Shown: piece by piece, positions 36,933 through 47,323 of the stretch
Numbering within the stretch: position 1 is the stretch's first letter
Layout: each line of letters starts with the position of its first letter
The notes under the pieces: generated by a model
Database searches by the model: none
Told to the model about the DNA's origin: nothing
The model's input: only the letters and a program-made list of their open reading frames with translations
Assembly: GCA_017983695.1 (NCBI GenBank)
Contig: JAGOAX010000010.1
Location: 64,716 to 128,715, forward strand
Direction: 5' to 3'
Length of the DNA: 64,000 bases
From: Ferruginibacter sp.
GTDB lineage: Bacteria; Bacteroidota; Bacteroidia; Chitinophagales; Chitinophagaceae
Translations under genes and position numbers: made by a program

Positions 36933-37958
36933 CTATCTCATCACAAACGGGTATCTGTCATAATGCTTTAAAGCAATACCAGTACCACGTACCACACTCT
37001 TCAACGGATCGTCTGCAACATGCACCGGCAATTTAATTTTTGCCTGCAATCTTTTATCTAATCCTCTTAACAATGCACCACCACCGGTAATGTATAAACC
37101 ACGACGGTAAATATCCGATGCCAGTTCAGGCGGCGTTGTTTCCAAAGCTTTTAAAATAGCTTCTTCAATTTTAAAGATGCTTTTATCAAGCGCTTCGGCC
37201 ACTTCCTGGTAACTCACCATAACCTGCTTAGGAATACCGGTTACCAAATCTCTTCCGTTTACGGGAATATCATCAGGAGGATTATCCAGATCTTTCATAG
37301 CTGCACCTACCTGAATTTTAATCTGCTCGGCAGTACGTTCGCCAATTAACAGGCTATGATAACGGCGCAGTGCTTCCATTATATCTGCAGTAAACTCATC
37401 ACCGGCAATACGAATACTCTGGTCGCAAACAATACCTGCCAGTGCAATTACTGTAATACCTGTTGTACCACCACCAATATCAATAATCATATTACCAACC
37501 GGTTCTTCCACATCTATACCAATACCCAAGGCCGCAGCCATAGGTTCATGTATCAAATAAACTTCTTTTGCTCCTGCCTGCTCAGCACTATCTCTTACTG
37601 CTCTTTTTTCCACTTCGGTAATTGAAGACGGGATACAGATCATCATACGCCAGCTTGGGGCAAACAATGGTTTTTTAGGATAGATCATTTTGATCATTTC
37701 CCTTATCATCAACTCGGCAGCGTTAAAATCCGCTATCACACCATCTTTCAACGGACGGACGGTACGGATGCTTTCGTGGGTTTTTTCATGCATCATTAAT
37801 GCTTTTTTACCCACCGCCAGAATATTCTTTGGATTGTTGCGGTCAAGTGCAACAATAGAAGGTTCGTTTACCACAACCTCATCATTATGAATAATGAGGG
37901 TATTTGCAGTACCCAGGTCAATCGCAATTTCCTGTGTAAAAAAATTAAAAAGGCCCAT
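36933..37958 (-). CDS. mreB: Actin-like MreB
   Basis: IDLGTANT, DIGGGTT, TGGGALL. Confidence 0.98.
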   Translation of the reverse strand: MGLFNFFTQEIAIDLGTANTLIIHNDEVVVNEPSIVALDRNNPKNILAVGKKALMMHEKTHESIRTVRPLKDGVIADFNAAELMIREMIKMIYPKKPLFAPSWRMMICIPSSITEVEKRAVRDSAEQAGAKEVYLIHEPMAAALGIGIDVEEPVGNMIIDIGGGTTGITVIALAGIVCDQSIRIAGDEFTADIMEALRRYHSLLIGERTAEQIKIQVGAAMKDLDNPPDDIPVNGRDLVTGIPKQVMVSYQEVAEALDKSIFKIEEAILKALETTPPELASDIYRRGLYITGGGALLRGLDKRLQAKIKLPVHVADDPLKSVVRGTGIALKHYDRYPFVMR

Positions 37959-38122
37959 ATTTATTAAAGTGAAAAGGGATGTAAATTAATGGAGGCAAAG
38001 TTGAACTAAATTATTTGAATTAACAACGGCAAATCCTTTATTTTCCAAAGTTTTACATAAATATTAGTTTTTCAAAAAAGTGAAAAAGGGAGTTGTATTG
38101 CCATCGTTGGTTTTTAAATAAG

Positions 38123-39409
38123 TTATACATCATTAAATTCATAGCCGATATCGCTGCGGTAATACATATCATCAAAATACAATTGTTCCAGCATATAATT
38201 AGATTGTTCTGCCGCTTCGGGAATATTATCACCAAATGAAGTAACTACCAAAACCCTGCCACCATTGGTAACTACTTTATTTTTTTCTGTTGCTGTACCA
38301 GCCTGAAACACCAGGCTGTTTTCTAAAACTTCATCTTCCAAACCGCTAATTGGTTTCCCTTTTTCAAAATCACCGGGATACCCGCCACTAACTGCAACTA
38401 CAGCTACAGCGCAACGGCTATCGGTTTCAACCTGTATTTTCTGTAAGCCCTGTTGTGCAGTAGCAAGCAGCAATTCTACAAAATCATTTTTTATCCGTGG
38501 AAGTACCACTTCTGTTTCAGGGTCACCCATGCGGCAATTGTACTCAATTACTTTTGGGGTACCATTGTCGTTCATCAATCCTATAAAAACAAAACCCTTG
38601 TATTCAAGGCTGTCTTTTTTCAGCCCTGCAATAGTTGGTATAATTATCTGCTCTTCTACTTTTTTCAAAAAAGATTCGTCTGCAAAAGGTACCGGACTTA
38701 CCGCACCCATACCACCGGTATTCAACCCGGTATCTCCTTCTCCAATTCTTTTATAATCCTTTGCTGACGGTAGCACTAAATAATTTTCGCCGTCAGTTAA
38801 TACAAATACACTCAGCTCAATGCCTTTTAAAAATTCTTCCACCACCACTTTTTTACCGGCCTCTCCAAATTTAGAGCGGTGCAGCATCAGCTCAAATTCT
38901 GATAACGCCTCTATATTATTCTGGCAAATTAAAACCCCTTTACCAGCTGCCAGGCCATCGGCCTTTAAAACTACCGGCAATGAATGGGCTTTGATATAAC
39001 TCATCCCCTCATCGTAATTATCGTTTGTAAATTCTTTATAGGTGGCAGTAGGAATGTTATGCCTGCTCATAAAATCTTTTGCAAATGCTTTGCTGCCTTC
39101 CAGCTGGGCAGCAGCTTTAGACGGACCTATCACCAATATATCTTTTGTAGCTGCATTGTTTTTAAAAAAATCATACACTCCTTTCACCAATGGCTCTTCG
39201 GGGCCAACCAAAATCATTTTTATATCGTGTTTAATGCATGCTGCTGCAAGGGTATCAAAATCGCTTACACCTATTGGCAGGTTGGTACCCTGTGTGGATG
39301 TACCGGCATTACCGGGGGCAATAAAGAGTTTACTACAGAGTGGGCTTTGTTTAATCTTCCAGGCAAAAGCATGTTCCCTGCCGCCGGAACCAATTAAAAG
39401 AATATTCAT
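38123..39409 (-). CDS. purD: Phosphoribosylamine--glycine ligase
   Basis: GSGGREH, KADGLAAGKGV, NTGGMG, RMGDPE, TNGGRV. Confidence 0.98.
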   Translation of the reverse strand: MNILLIGSGGREHAFAWKIKQSPLCSKLFIAPGNAGTSTQGTNLPIGVSDFDTLAAACIKHDIKMILVGPEEPLVKGVYDFFKNNAATKDILVIGPSKAAAQLEGSKAFAKDFMSRHNIPTATYKEFTNDNYDEGMSYIKAHSLPVVLKADGLAAGKGVLICQNNIEALSEFELMLHRSKFGEAGKKVVVEEFLKGIELSVFVLTDGENYLVLPSAKDYKRIGEGDTGLNTGGMGAVSPVPFADESFLKKVEEQIIIPTIAGLKKDSLEYKGFVFIGLMNDNGTPKVIEYNCRMGDPETEVVLPRIKNDFVELLLATAQQGLQKIQVETDSRCAVAVVAVSGGYPGDFEKGKPISGLEDEVLENSLVFQAGTATEKNKVVTNGGRVLVVTSFGDNIPEAAEQSNYMLEQLYFDDMYYRSDIGYEFNDV

Positions 39410-39635
39410 TTTGATGTTGGTTATAAAGGTTTAAGCATGCGAATTTAAAATTATAGCAGCTTATTACCATATTAATTTTATAAGTGGCAATACCTTATAG
39501 TTCTGATATATAGATAATAGGTACGGCGTTGGTTTATCATTTTAAAATAGAGAGCATAAATTATGCCGTTCTAAACAGAATTTCTGTATTTTGAGATACT
39601 AAAACGAACTATAAAGCATTTAAAAACTACTATTT

Positions 39636-41315
39636 ATGAACGAACAGGTAATTAAAAAGCAGGCCCACCCTAAAGGCCTATGGGTTTTGTTTGGCACAGA
39701 AATGTGGGAGCGCTTTAACTTTTACGGGATGAGGACTATACTTACCCTGTTTATTGTTAACGCTTTAATGATGAGTAAAGAGCAGTCTTCTATAATATAT
39801 GGAGGATTTTTGGGGTTGTGCTATTTAACGCCAATGCTGGGCGGCTTTATTTCCGACAGGTTTTTAGGTAACAGAAACTGTATCATGCTTGGGGGTTTGT
39901 TAATGGCGACGGGACAAATGCTGTTGTTTTTTAGTGCCAGTATATTCGGTTCTAACCTCGAACTGGCAAGGACATTACTTTATATCGCACTTGGAACTAT
40001 CATTTTAGGTAATGGTTTTTTTAAACCTAATATCAGCAGTATGGTAAGCAGTCTTTACCCACCTGCTGAAAGAAGTAAGCTGGATACAGCATTTACCATT
40101 TTTTATATGGGTATAAACTGCGGCGCTTTTCTTGGCCAGTTGATTTGTCCTATCATTGGAGATGTGGTGGACAAAAGCGGTGTAAGAGATATTCATGCTT
40201 TTAAATGGGGGTATTTAGCTGCTTCACTGGCTATGCTCCTGGGTGTTACTACCTTTTATTTTTTAAAAGATAAATATGTAAGAACTCCGGACGGAAGGCC
40301 AATTGGCGGACTACCTAAAAATAATACTGCGGAAGATTATGCTGAAGGCGAGGCACAAACTGCTAAATTCTCTAATACTGCTTTAGGTATTGCCATAGTG
40401 ATTTTTATCGGACTAGGATTATTATTCTTTTATGTGTTTGAACAAAATGTAATTTACTCCATCATTTATGCCAGCGGCTTAACGCTTGCCGGATTAATCA
40501 TTTCTGATGGTTCTATCACAAAAATCGAACGTGACAGAATATTGGTGATCTATATTGTTTCCTTTTTCATTATTTTCTTTTGGGCCGCTTTTGAACAGGC
40601 TGGTTCCTCACTAACTTTTATTGCCGACAACCAAACTGACAGAAACTTTTTTGGCTGGAATATGCCCCCATCAATGGTTCAAATTTTTAATGGCATATTT
40701 GTAGTTGCGCTTGCAATACCATTCAGTATTTTATGGGATAAATTAAGAGCAAAAGGAAAAGAACCTATTTCGCCTATGAAGCAAGCTATTGGGCTGGCTT
40801 TAATTGCGTTAAGTTATTTTATTATTGCTCACAATGTAAAAGATTTAGGTAACAGTGGTTTATTAGCTGTACAATGGTTAATTCTGCTTTATCTTATTCA
40901 GACTTTTGGTGAACTTTGTTTATCGCCTATAGGCCTTTCGTTGGTTGGTAAACTGGCACCTAAAAGATTCTCCTCTTTGTTATACGGTGTGTTCTTTTTG
41001 TCCAATGCATCAGGTTATGCTTTAGCCGGTACACTTGGCTCTATTTTGCCAGCAACCGGAGAACAATTTAGCAAAGCTAAAGAATTAGGTATAGACCTGC
41101 AGGGGGTTTTAGACAAAACCGTAACACCAACTGCTAATCAGCTGCAAATGCTTGTTACAAATAAGATCAGTGCAGTAAATCCAACTTTTGCCGGGTTCAC
41201 CATTCACAATCTATTTGAATTCTTTATGGTGTTTGTAGTGTTGTGTGGTGTTGCTTCGCTGTTACTATTTTCACTTACACCCTTTCTGAAAAAAATGATG
41301 CATGGTGTAAAATAA
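39636..41315 (+). CDS. POT/PTR oligopeptide:H+ symporter 1
   Basis: EMWERFNFYG, GNGFFKPNIS, FYMGIN, ELCLSPIG. Confidence 0.95.
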   Translation: MNEQVIKKQAHPKGLWVLFGTEMWERFNFYGMRTILTLFIVNALMMSKEQSSIIYGGFLGLCYLTPMLGGFISDRFLGNRNCIMLGGLLMATGQMLLFFSASIFGSNLELARTLLYIALGTIILGNGFFKPNISSMVSSLYPPAERSKLDTAFTIFYMGINCGAFLGQLICPIIGDVVDKSGVRDIHAFKWGYLAASLAMLLGVTTFYFLKDKYVRTPDGRPIGGLPKNNTAEDYAEGEAQTAKFSNTALGIAIVIFIGLGLLFFYVFEQNVIYSIIYASGLTLAGLIISDGSITKIERDRILVIYIVSFFIIFFWAAFEQAGSSLTFIADNQTDRNFFGWNMPPSMVQIFNGIFVVALAIPFSILWDKLRAKGKEPISPMKQAIGLALIALSYFIIAHNVKDLGNSGLLAVQWLILLYLIQTFGELCLSPIGLSLVGKLAPKRFSSLLYGVFFLSNASGYALAGTLGSILPATGEQFSKAKELGIDLQGVLDKTVTPTANQLQMLVTNKISAVNPTFAGFTIHNLFEFFMVFVVLCGVASLLLFSLTPFLKKMMHGVK

Positions 41316-41333
41316 TTTCATTAATAACTTTTG

Positions 41334-41363
41334 AAAAAGGCGATCTCTTAGTCGCCTTTTTTT
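41334..41363 (+). terminator. Terminator after POT 1
   Basis: aaaaaggcga...tcgccttttttt. Confidence 0.8.
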
Positions 41364-41391
41364 ATTTAACTTACCAATCTAAAATATCAGC

Positions 41392-43029
41392 ATGAGCAAT
41401 TCTCCGAAACATCCCAAAGCACTTCCTTTTTTATTCTTTTCCGAAATGTGGGAACGTTTTGGTTACTACCTGATGATCGGGATCTTTTTTTTGTACCTCA
41501 CAAATGTAGAGCATGGTTTTTCTATGACCAATAAAGATGCTGCAGACCTTTATGGTACATTTATAGCGTTGGTTTTTCTTACCCCTTTTATAGGCGGCCT
41601 TTTGGCAGACCGGTATTTTGGTTACAGAAAATCTATTATTGCAGGAGGTTTAATGATGGGAGGTGGTTATTGCCTTATGGCTGTACATAGTTTGCCGATG
41701 CTCTATCTTTCAATGGCATTGGTAATCTTCGGCAATGGTTTTTTTAAACCCAATATCTCTACCCTGCTGGGCAATTTATATTCTACCCCACAATTTGAGA
41801 AAAGAAAAGATGAGGGCTATAATATCTTTTACATGGGTATTAATGTCGGTGCCTTTATCTGTAACTTTTTCAGTGCAGCAATTATAAGCATCTGGGGTTG
41901 GAAGTATGCTTTTGTGGCTGCAGGCATAGGTATGTTCCTGGGGGTTATCATCTTTATGGTGGGTACAAAGCATTATATATCCGGCGATATACGGAAGCCC
42001 ATGAATAAAGAGGATATGCCTTTTTCAAAGATCGTCCTTACAATTTTTGTTCCCACAATTATTGTAGGTATCCTGGGCTGGATAATACGTGGAAATATTT
42101 TCGGTTCAGATAGTACCGATGCTTTCATCTTTGGCTGTATCCCTGTTATTTATTTTTATTCTTCACTTTATTTTAAAGCAGAAGCTTCTGAGAAGAGGCC
42201 TATTGCTGCCCTGTTGGCAATATTTGCAGCCGTAATTTTATTCTGGGCTGTATTCAAACAAAACGGCACTGCACTTACCATCTGGGCAGATAATTATACC
42301 AGCAGAGAGGTAAGTGGTACAACAGGTAATGTATTCAGAAGTTTACGACAGGCGGATGATATGGTATATAAAAAGGATTCGGTGAATTTATATGATCATC
42401 TTTTCCGCTTGCAAAAAAAAGACGGTGAAGTTTTAAAAGAATATAACTATCCAACGTATTTTAAAAATGTAGTACCGCAAAATTTACCTGCCGATGGTGG
42501 CAAAGCTACCTTATGGGCTACGCCTATCAGTCAATCTATAAATCCCGGCTGGGTAATTTTATTAACGCCGCTTGTAGTAGCCTTCTTTGCTTTTTTAAGA
42601 GGAAAGAAAAAAGAGCCCTCCACTGCAACTAAGATTGCTTTTGGTTTATTTATTTCTGCATTATCAGTATTGGTAATGGTGGCTGCTGTACATGTAAGCG
42701 GTAATGGTGCCGAAAAAGCAAGCGTGTGGTGGCTGATAGGCACTTATGGCGTAATAACAGTAGGTGAATTATTATTAAGTCCAATGGGACTTTCTCTTGT
42801 ATCAAAATTAAGTCCTGTTCGTTTAACATCGTTAATGATGGGAGGATGGTTTCTGTCTACTTCAATCGGGAATAAACTTTCGGGCATTTTGGCCACCATG
42901 TGGGACGGCTATGAAAACAAAGCCAGTTTTTTTTGGGTGAATTTTGTGCTGCTGCTGATTGCTACGTTTATCATTTTTGCCATGCTTAAATGGCTGAACA
43001 GAATTATGAAAGAAAAAGGAGTTAGCTAA
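41392..43029 (+). CDS. POT/PTR symporter 2
   Basis: EMWERFGYY, GNGFFKPNIS, ELLLSPMG. Confidence 0.95.
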   Translation: MSNSPKHPKALPFLFFSEMWERFGYYLMIGIFFLYLTNVEHGFSMTNKDAADLYGTFIALVFLTPFIGGLLADRYFGYRKSIIAGGLMMGGGYCLMAVHSLPMLYLSMALVIFGNGFFKPNISTLLGNLYSTPQFEKRKDEGYNIFYMGINVGAFICNFFSAAIISIWGWKYAFVAAGIGMFLGVIIFMVGTKHYISGDIRKPMNKEDMPFSKIVLTIFVPTIIVGILGWIIRGNIFGSDSTDAFIFGCIPVIYFYSSLYFKAEASEKRPIAALLAIFAAVILFWAVFKQNGTALTIWADNYTSREVSGTTGNVFRSLRQADDMVYKKDSVNLYDHLFRLQKKDGEVLKEYNYPTYFKNVVPQNLPADGGKATLWATPISQSINPGWVILLTPLVVAFFAFLRGKKKEPSTATKIAFGLFISALSVLVMVAAVHVSGNGAEKASVWWLIGTYGVITVGELLLSPMGLSLVSKLSPVRLTSLMMGGWFLSTSIGNKLSGILATMWDGYENKASFFWVNFVLLLIATFIIFAMLKWLNRIMKEKGVS

Positions 43030-43045
43030 AAATCAAACATTCTAA

Positions 43046-44527
43046 ATGGATAATGTAACAATAGTAAGCACCCACCAACCCAAACAATTATACCTTCTTT
43101 TCTTTTCCGAAATGTGGGAGCGGTTTTCCTTTTATGGCATGAAGGGCTTGCTGATTGCTTATATGGTAAGCCAGTTAGGTTATGATGATCCCAAAGCATA
43201 CACTATATATGGCTCTTACGCTGCATTGGTGTATACCATGCCTATGTTTGGAGGTTTTATGGCAGATCGTTTTATTGGTTACCAGCGTGCTGTTATGTTT
43301 GGTGGTATATTAATGACACTGGGACATTTTATTTTAGCAATACCCAACGACTGGAGTTTTTTTTATGGCATGGCTTTTATCATTTGCGGCAATGGATTTT
43401 TTAAACCGAATATCAGCAGCCTGGTAGGTACATTGTATGGCGAAAATGATCCCAAGAGAGACAGTGGTTTTTCTATTTTTTATATGGGTATCAACATTGG
43501 TGCTGCTATTGGTGGTTTTTTATGTGCTTATATTGGTACCCAAATTAACTGGCATTATGGCTTTGGCCTGGCAGGTATTTTTATGGCCATTGGTTTTATA
43601 GTTTTTGTGTTTGGGAAAAAATCTTTAGGTGACCGGGGGTTACCTCCCAATACCGAGGCTTTAAAAAGCCCGGTTGTTGCTTTTATAAAACCCGAGTACC
43701 TTACATATGGAGGCACTTTATTAATAGTACCATTGGTGGTTACTTTGTTTCATCAATATCATGTGATGGATTATATCATGTTTGGCCTGGGTGTAATTTC
43801 CCTGGTATATGTACTTGCAGTTGGATTAAAATTAGAAAAAGAAGTCAAACTGAAATTATTTGCCGCACTCACACTCATCATTTTCTCCATCGTTTTCTGG
43901 GCCATTTATGAACAGAACGCAGGCTCTATGAACCTGTTGGCAGAAAGAAATTCGAAAATGATTTTGTTTGGTATTGAATTACCCCCATTATCAATGAATA
44001 ATTTTTTACCACCGGGATGGGTGATCATACTTACGCTATTTGTTGCGCCCCTCTGGCCATGGTTAAATAAACGAGGTAAGGAACCGGGTACACCAATGAA
44101 ATTTGCCTTTGCATTTATTTTATTGGGTGCAGGTTTTTTTGCTTTTTACCTTGGCTGCCGGGCCAATATAAGCTCTGGTATCATTCCATTGTGGCCCTTT
44201 GTTTGGGGTTACTGTTTTATTATCCTGGGAGAGCTTTGTTTATCTCCTATTGGTTTATCAATGGTAACAAAACTGTCGCCGGCTAAAATGGTTTCGCTGA
44301 TGATGGGCATTTGGTTTTTTGGAACTGCTATTGGTGAATTCCTTGCTGGCAAGATCGGTTCGTTGATGAGTGTTCCGAAAGAAATTCTGGCTAAAAACGA
44401 TCCTGTACTTTCTCTACCCTATTATGCCGATATCATTTTTAAGATCAGCATAGCATCAGTTGTTATTGGAATAGTAATGATATTCACTGTTCCCCTTTTA
44501 AAGCGGTGGATGGGAAATGTGAAATAG
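43046..44527 (+). CDS. POT/PTR symporter 3
   Basis: EMWERFSFYG, GNGFFKPNIS, ELCLSPIG. Confidence 0.95.
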   Translation: MDNVTIVSTHQPKQLYLLFFSEMWERFSFYGMKGLLIAYMVSQLGYDDPKAYTIYGSYAALVYTMPMFGGFMADRFIGYQRAVMFGGILMTLGHFILAIPNDWSFFYGMAFIICGNGFFKPNISSLVGTLYGENDPKRDSGFSIFYMGINIGAAIGGFLCAYIGTQINWHYGFGLAGIFMAIGFIVFVFGKKSLGDRGLPPNTEALKSPVVAFIKPEYLTYGGTLLIVPLVVTLFHQYHVMDYIMFGLGVISLVYVLAVGLKLEKEVKLKLFAALTLIIFSIVFWAIYEQNAGSMNLLAERNSKMILFGIELPPLSMNNFLPPGWVIILTLFVAPLWPWLNKRGKEPGTPMKFAFAFILLGAGFFAFYLGCRANISSGIIPLWPFVWGYCFIILGELCLSPIGLSMVTKLSPAKMVSLMMGIWFFGTAIGEFLAGKIGSLMSVPKEILAKNDPVLSLPYYADIIFKISIASVVIGIVMIFTVPLLKRWMGNVK

Positions 44528-44529
44528 GT

Positions 44530-45723
44530 TTATACAAAATTCAAATACGAATATTTATTGCCCAGTATCATTTTGTCATCAGCCCCAAGCCACTTACTTA
44601 AAACGGTGGCATATACATTTTTAAAATCAACTTTGTGTTTTAAATCTCCTTCATTCAAATCTGCCAGGTCGGGCATAGCATTTAAAACACCTTTTTGTTT
44701 TAAACCGCCACTGATAAAAAACATGTTATTGGCTGTGCCATGATCGGTACCGCCACTTGCATTTTGAGAAACCCGGCGGCCAAATTCGCTAAAGGTCATC
44801 ATCAGCACATCATCAAAACGATTGTTCTTTTTAAGATCGCCGGTAAACGCTTTTACTGCATCATTCAGTTCGGTAAATAATCTTTTTTGCTGGCCTTCCT
44901 GGTTTACATGTGTATCAAAACTACCCAGGCTAACATAATATACTTTGGTATTGATATCAGAAAAGATAAGTGATGCAATGGTTTTTAAATCTTTTCCTAA
45001 GTTCGTATTCGGGTAACTTGCTGCAGAGGGATGTGCTTTACTTTGCTGGTAAATATAATCGGCACTGCTGATGGTTTCACTCATTGTTTTGTATAAGTAA
45101 TCGATGGTTTCTTCTCCCTGCTGATGATTGGCACTTACATCTTTTAAAAATTTTCCGTTACTGGTGTTATATAATTTTTTAGGATCTTTAAAAGCAAGCC
45201 CCTTGCTTTGTTCACCTTTTAGTGCAAGGCTCAGCACATCATCCAGTTCCATAGCCTGCGTTGGTTTATCGCAACCTTTGCATTGTGCATCCAGGTAGCG
45301 GCCAACCCATCCCGTATTTACATATTCGTTACTGGCACTGGCACTATGCCATATATCCATACTTCTAAAATGCGAACGGTCGGGATTTGGATAACCTACA
45401 CTATTTAATATGCTTAAACTGCCATCGTCATACAATCCTTTAAAAGCTTCCAGCGCCGGATTCAATCCAACCTCATCGGTTATTATTAAAGATTTATCTT
45501 TTGCAATACCCAATTTTGGTCTTGCCTTATAATAAATATCATTCCGCACGGGTATCACTGTATTTAAACCATCGTTACCACCACTAAACTGGATAACTAC
45601 AACCACCTTATTGCCCGGTGGCACCATCATTGGTCTTTCAAATGCCTTTAAAAATTTAGGCAGCATAAAAGATGCTGTTGCCAATGAACCGATCTGTAAA
45701 AATTCTTTACGTTTTATTACCAT
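44530..45723 (-). CDS. DUF1501 family protein (Tat-like signal)
   Basis: GGNDGLN, PDRSHFRS, FDTH, SEFGRR, GTDHG. Confidence 0.92.
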   Translation of the reverse strand: MVIKRKEFLQIGSLATASFMLPKFLKAFERPMMVPPGNKVVVVIQFSGGNDGLNTVIPVRNDIYYKARPKLGIAKDKSLIITDEVGLNPALEAFKGLYDDGSLSILNSVGYPNPDRSHFRSMDIWHSASASNEYVNTGWVGRYLDAQCKGCDKPTQAMELDDVLSLALKGEQSKGLAFKDPKKLYNTSNGKFLKDVSANHQQGEETIDYLYKTMSETISSADYIYQQSKAHPSAASYPNTNLGKDLKTIASLIFSDINTKVYYVSLGSFDTHVNQEGQQKRLFTELNDAVKAFTGDLKKNNRFDDVLMMTFSEFGRRVSQNASGGTDHGTANNMFFISGGLKQKGVLNAMPDLADLNEGDLKHKVDFKNVYATVLSKWLGADDKMILGNKYSYLNFV

Positions 45724-45728
45724 GATAA

Positions 45729-45746
45729 TGAGTTATAAGTTATAAT
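45729..45746. repeat. Short agttata-type heptamer repeat
   Basis: tgagttataagttataatt, same family as 35348. Confidence 0.55.
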
Positions 45747-47194
45747 TAGCAAAGCTGATATTCCGGTGTGCTCATCAGGTTTACAATAGCGCTTTTAATA
45801 AAATTTTCCCTGTTTTCGCTGTTAACATATTTTTCCAGCAATGTATCGGGTACATGGCCTTTTGTTTGAAGCAGGGTATCGGCTATTTTTTGCAATAACT
45901 TTTCCCTTGGTATTTTTTCAAAAATTGCAGCAGCCAGGCTCCAGTCAATTTTTGCAGTACCGCCTTTAGTTACATCTTTTAATTTTTTTGCTGCCATTTC
46001 CATCATCCCGCCCTGCACATCATCATCTGTTTTAGGCATAATATCCATTATATCGTTGGCCGATAAAATCTGGGGAATCCGTAAACGCAACATCAGGCTG
46101 CTGCTGTCTATCCATGTTTTGCCACCAGGCCACCCGGCTACATTGGGTGGGTAAAACAATATTTGCCCAAGTGTTTTTTGAAACAATATTTGCGCCTGGT
46201 CATTCTCCATTTCCATGGGCAGCAACCTTCTTATACCTGCTAGTAATTCAATCGGCGATTTTATTTTTGTGCCGATATTTTTTTCTTCATAAAACCAATC
46301 GGCAGTAAAAATATCTTCCAGCAGTTTTTTAATATCATAATCACTCTGATAAAACCTGTTGCTCAACCACTCCACTTTTGCATCATCAGCCTTATCATTT
46401 ACAAAGTACCTGTATATTTTTTTGGTGATATATTTTGCCGTTTGTTTTTGTTCCAGTAAAATATTCAATACATCATCGCCATCAAAATTGCCGGTTTTAC
46501 CCAACACTGTTTTTTTATCATCATCGTGTTGAAATTTCCGGAATTCGAATTCACCTTTAAGGTTAAAGCCCCAACCGGTAAATGCCCTTGCTGCTTCTTT
46601 AATATCTGTTTCGGTATAATTGCCCCTGCCCATGGTAAACAATTCCATTACCTCACGGGCAAAATTTTCGTTGGGTTTTTTCTTCCTGTTTTGCTGGTTA
46701 TTTAAAAAAGAGATCATGGAGGGACTTTTACTTACCGCCCTCAACATATCTTTAAAATTACCCAACGCATTTTCTCTGATGGTCTGTAACAATTCCTGCT
46801 GAAAATAACTATTGATAACCCGGCAGGCAAAATGCCCATGCCAGAACAAACTCATTTTTTCTCTTAACTGGGCTTCGTTGTTGATCATTTCTTCCAGCCA
46901 GCGGATGTTCAGGTTTTTAAGATCCTCACGGGATTGTTCCCGCAGTTGTTTTTTCTGATCGTTGGTTAATTCGGGCTTTTGCATCTGGGCCACATCCTGT
47001 ATCCCTTTATACAAACCATCAACAAGGTTTTGGGCCACATTAATTTTTTCAGGTTTCTTTGCAGAAGTTTTCTGCAAAAGGCCCCATAATTCTTTTTGAG
47101 AAATTTTATCGAGGTCTGCTGCGTTTTCGGCCATAGGACCAAAACCTGCACGCCACAATAAATGTTGATTTTTTAAACGGTTGGAAACTGCCAT
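45746..47194 (-). CDS. DUF1800 family protein
   Basis: LREKMSLFWHGHF, PNENFAREVMELFTMG, PPNVAGW, PEYQL. Confidence 0.92.
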   Translation of the reverse strand: MAVSNRLKNQHLLWRAGFGPMAENAADLDKISQKELWGLLQKTSAKKPEKINVAQNLVDGLYKGIQDVAQMQKPELTNDQKKQLREQSREDLKNLNIRWLEEMINNEAQLREKMSLFWHGHFACRVINSYFQQELLQTIRENALGNFKDMLRAVSKSPSMISFLNNQQNRKKKPNENFAREVMELFTMGRGNYTETDIKEAARAFTGWGFNLKGEFEFRKFQHDDDKKTVLGKTGNFDGDDVLNILLEQKQTAKYITKKIYRYFVNDKADDAKVEWLSNRFYQSDYDIKKLLEDIFTADWFYEEKNIGTKIKSPIELLAGIRRLLPMEMENDQAQILFQKTLGQILFYPPNVAGWPGGKTWIDSSSLMLRLRIPQILSANDIMDIMPKTDDDVQGGMMEMAAKKLKDVTKGGTAKIDWSLAAAIFEKIPREKLLQKIADTLLQTKGHVPDTLLEKYVNSENRENFIKSAIVNLMSTPEYQLC

Positions 47195-47323
47195 AGTAAA
47201 ATGTATGATATTAAAACAATAACGACGGTTCGACTGATTTAATTACAACAAGTTTAATCTTTTATTTATTAATTTTAATATTGTCTTTTTAAACTGCCTT
47301 TTTTCAGGAATCTGTAAACATAA

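Noticed and set aside
38053-38235. 60-aa ORF overlapping the purD end
   Set aside because: Alternative frame, no motif
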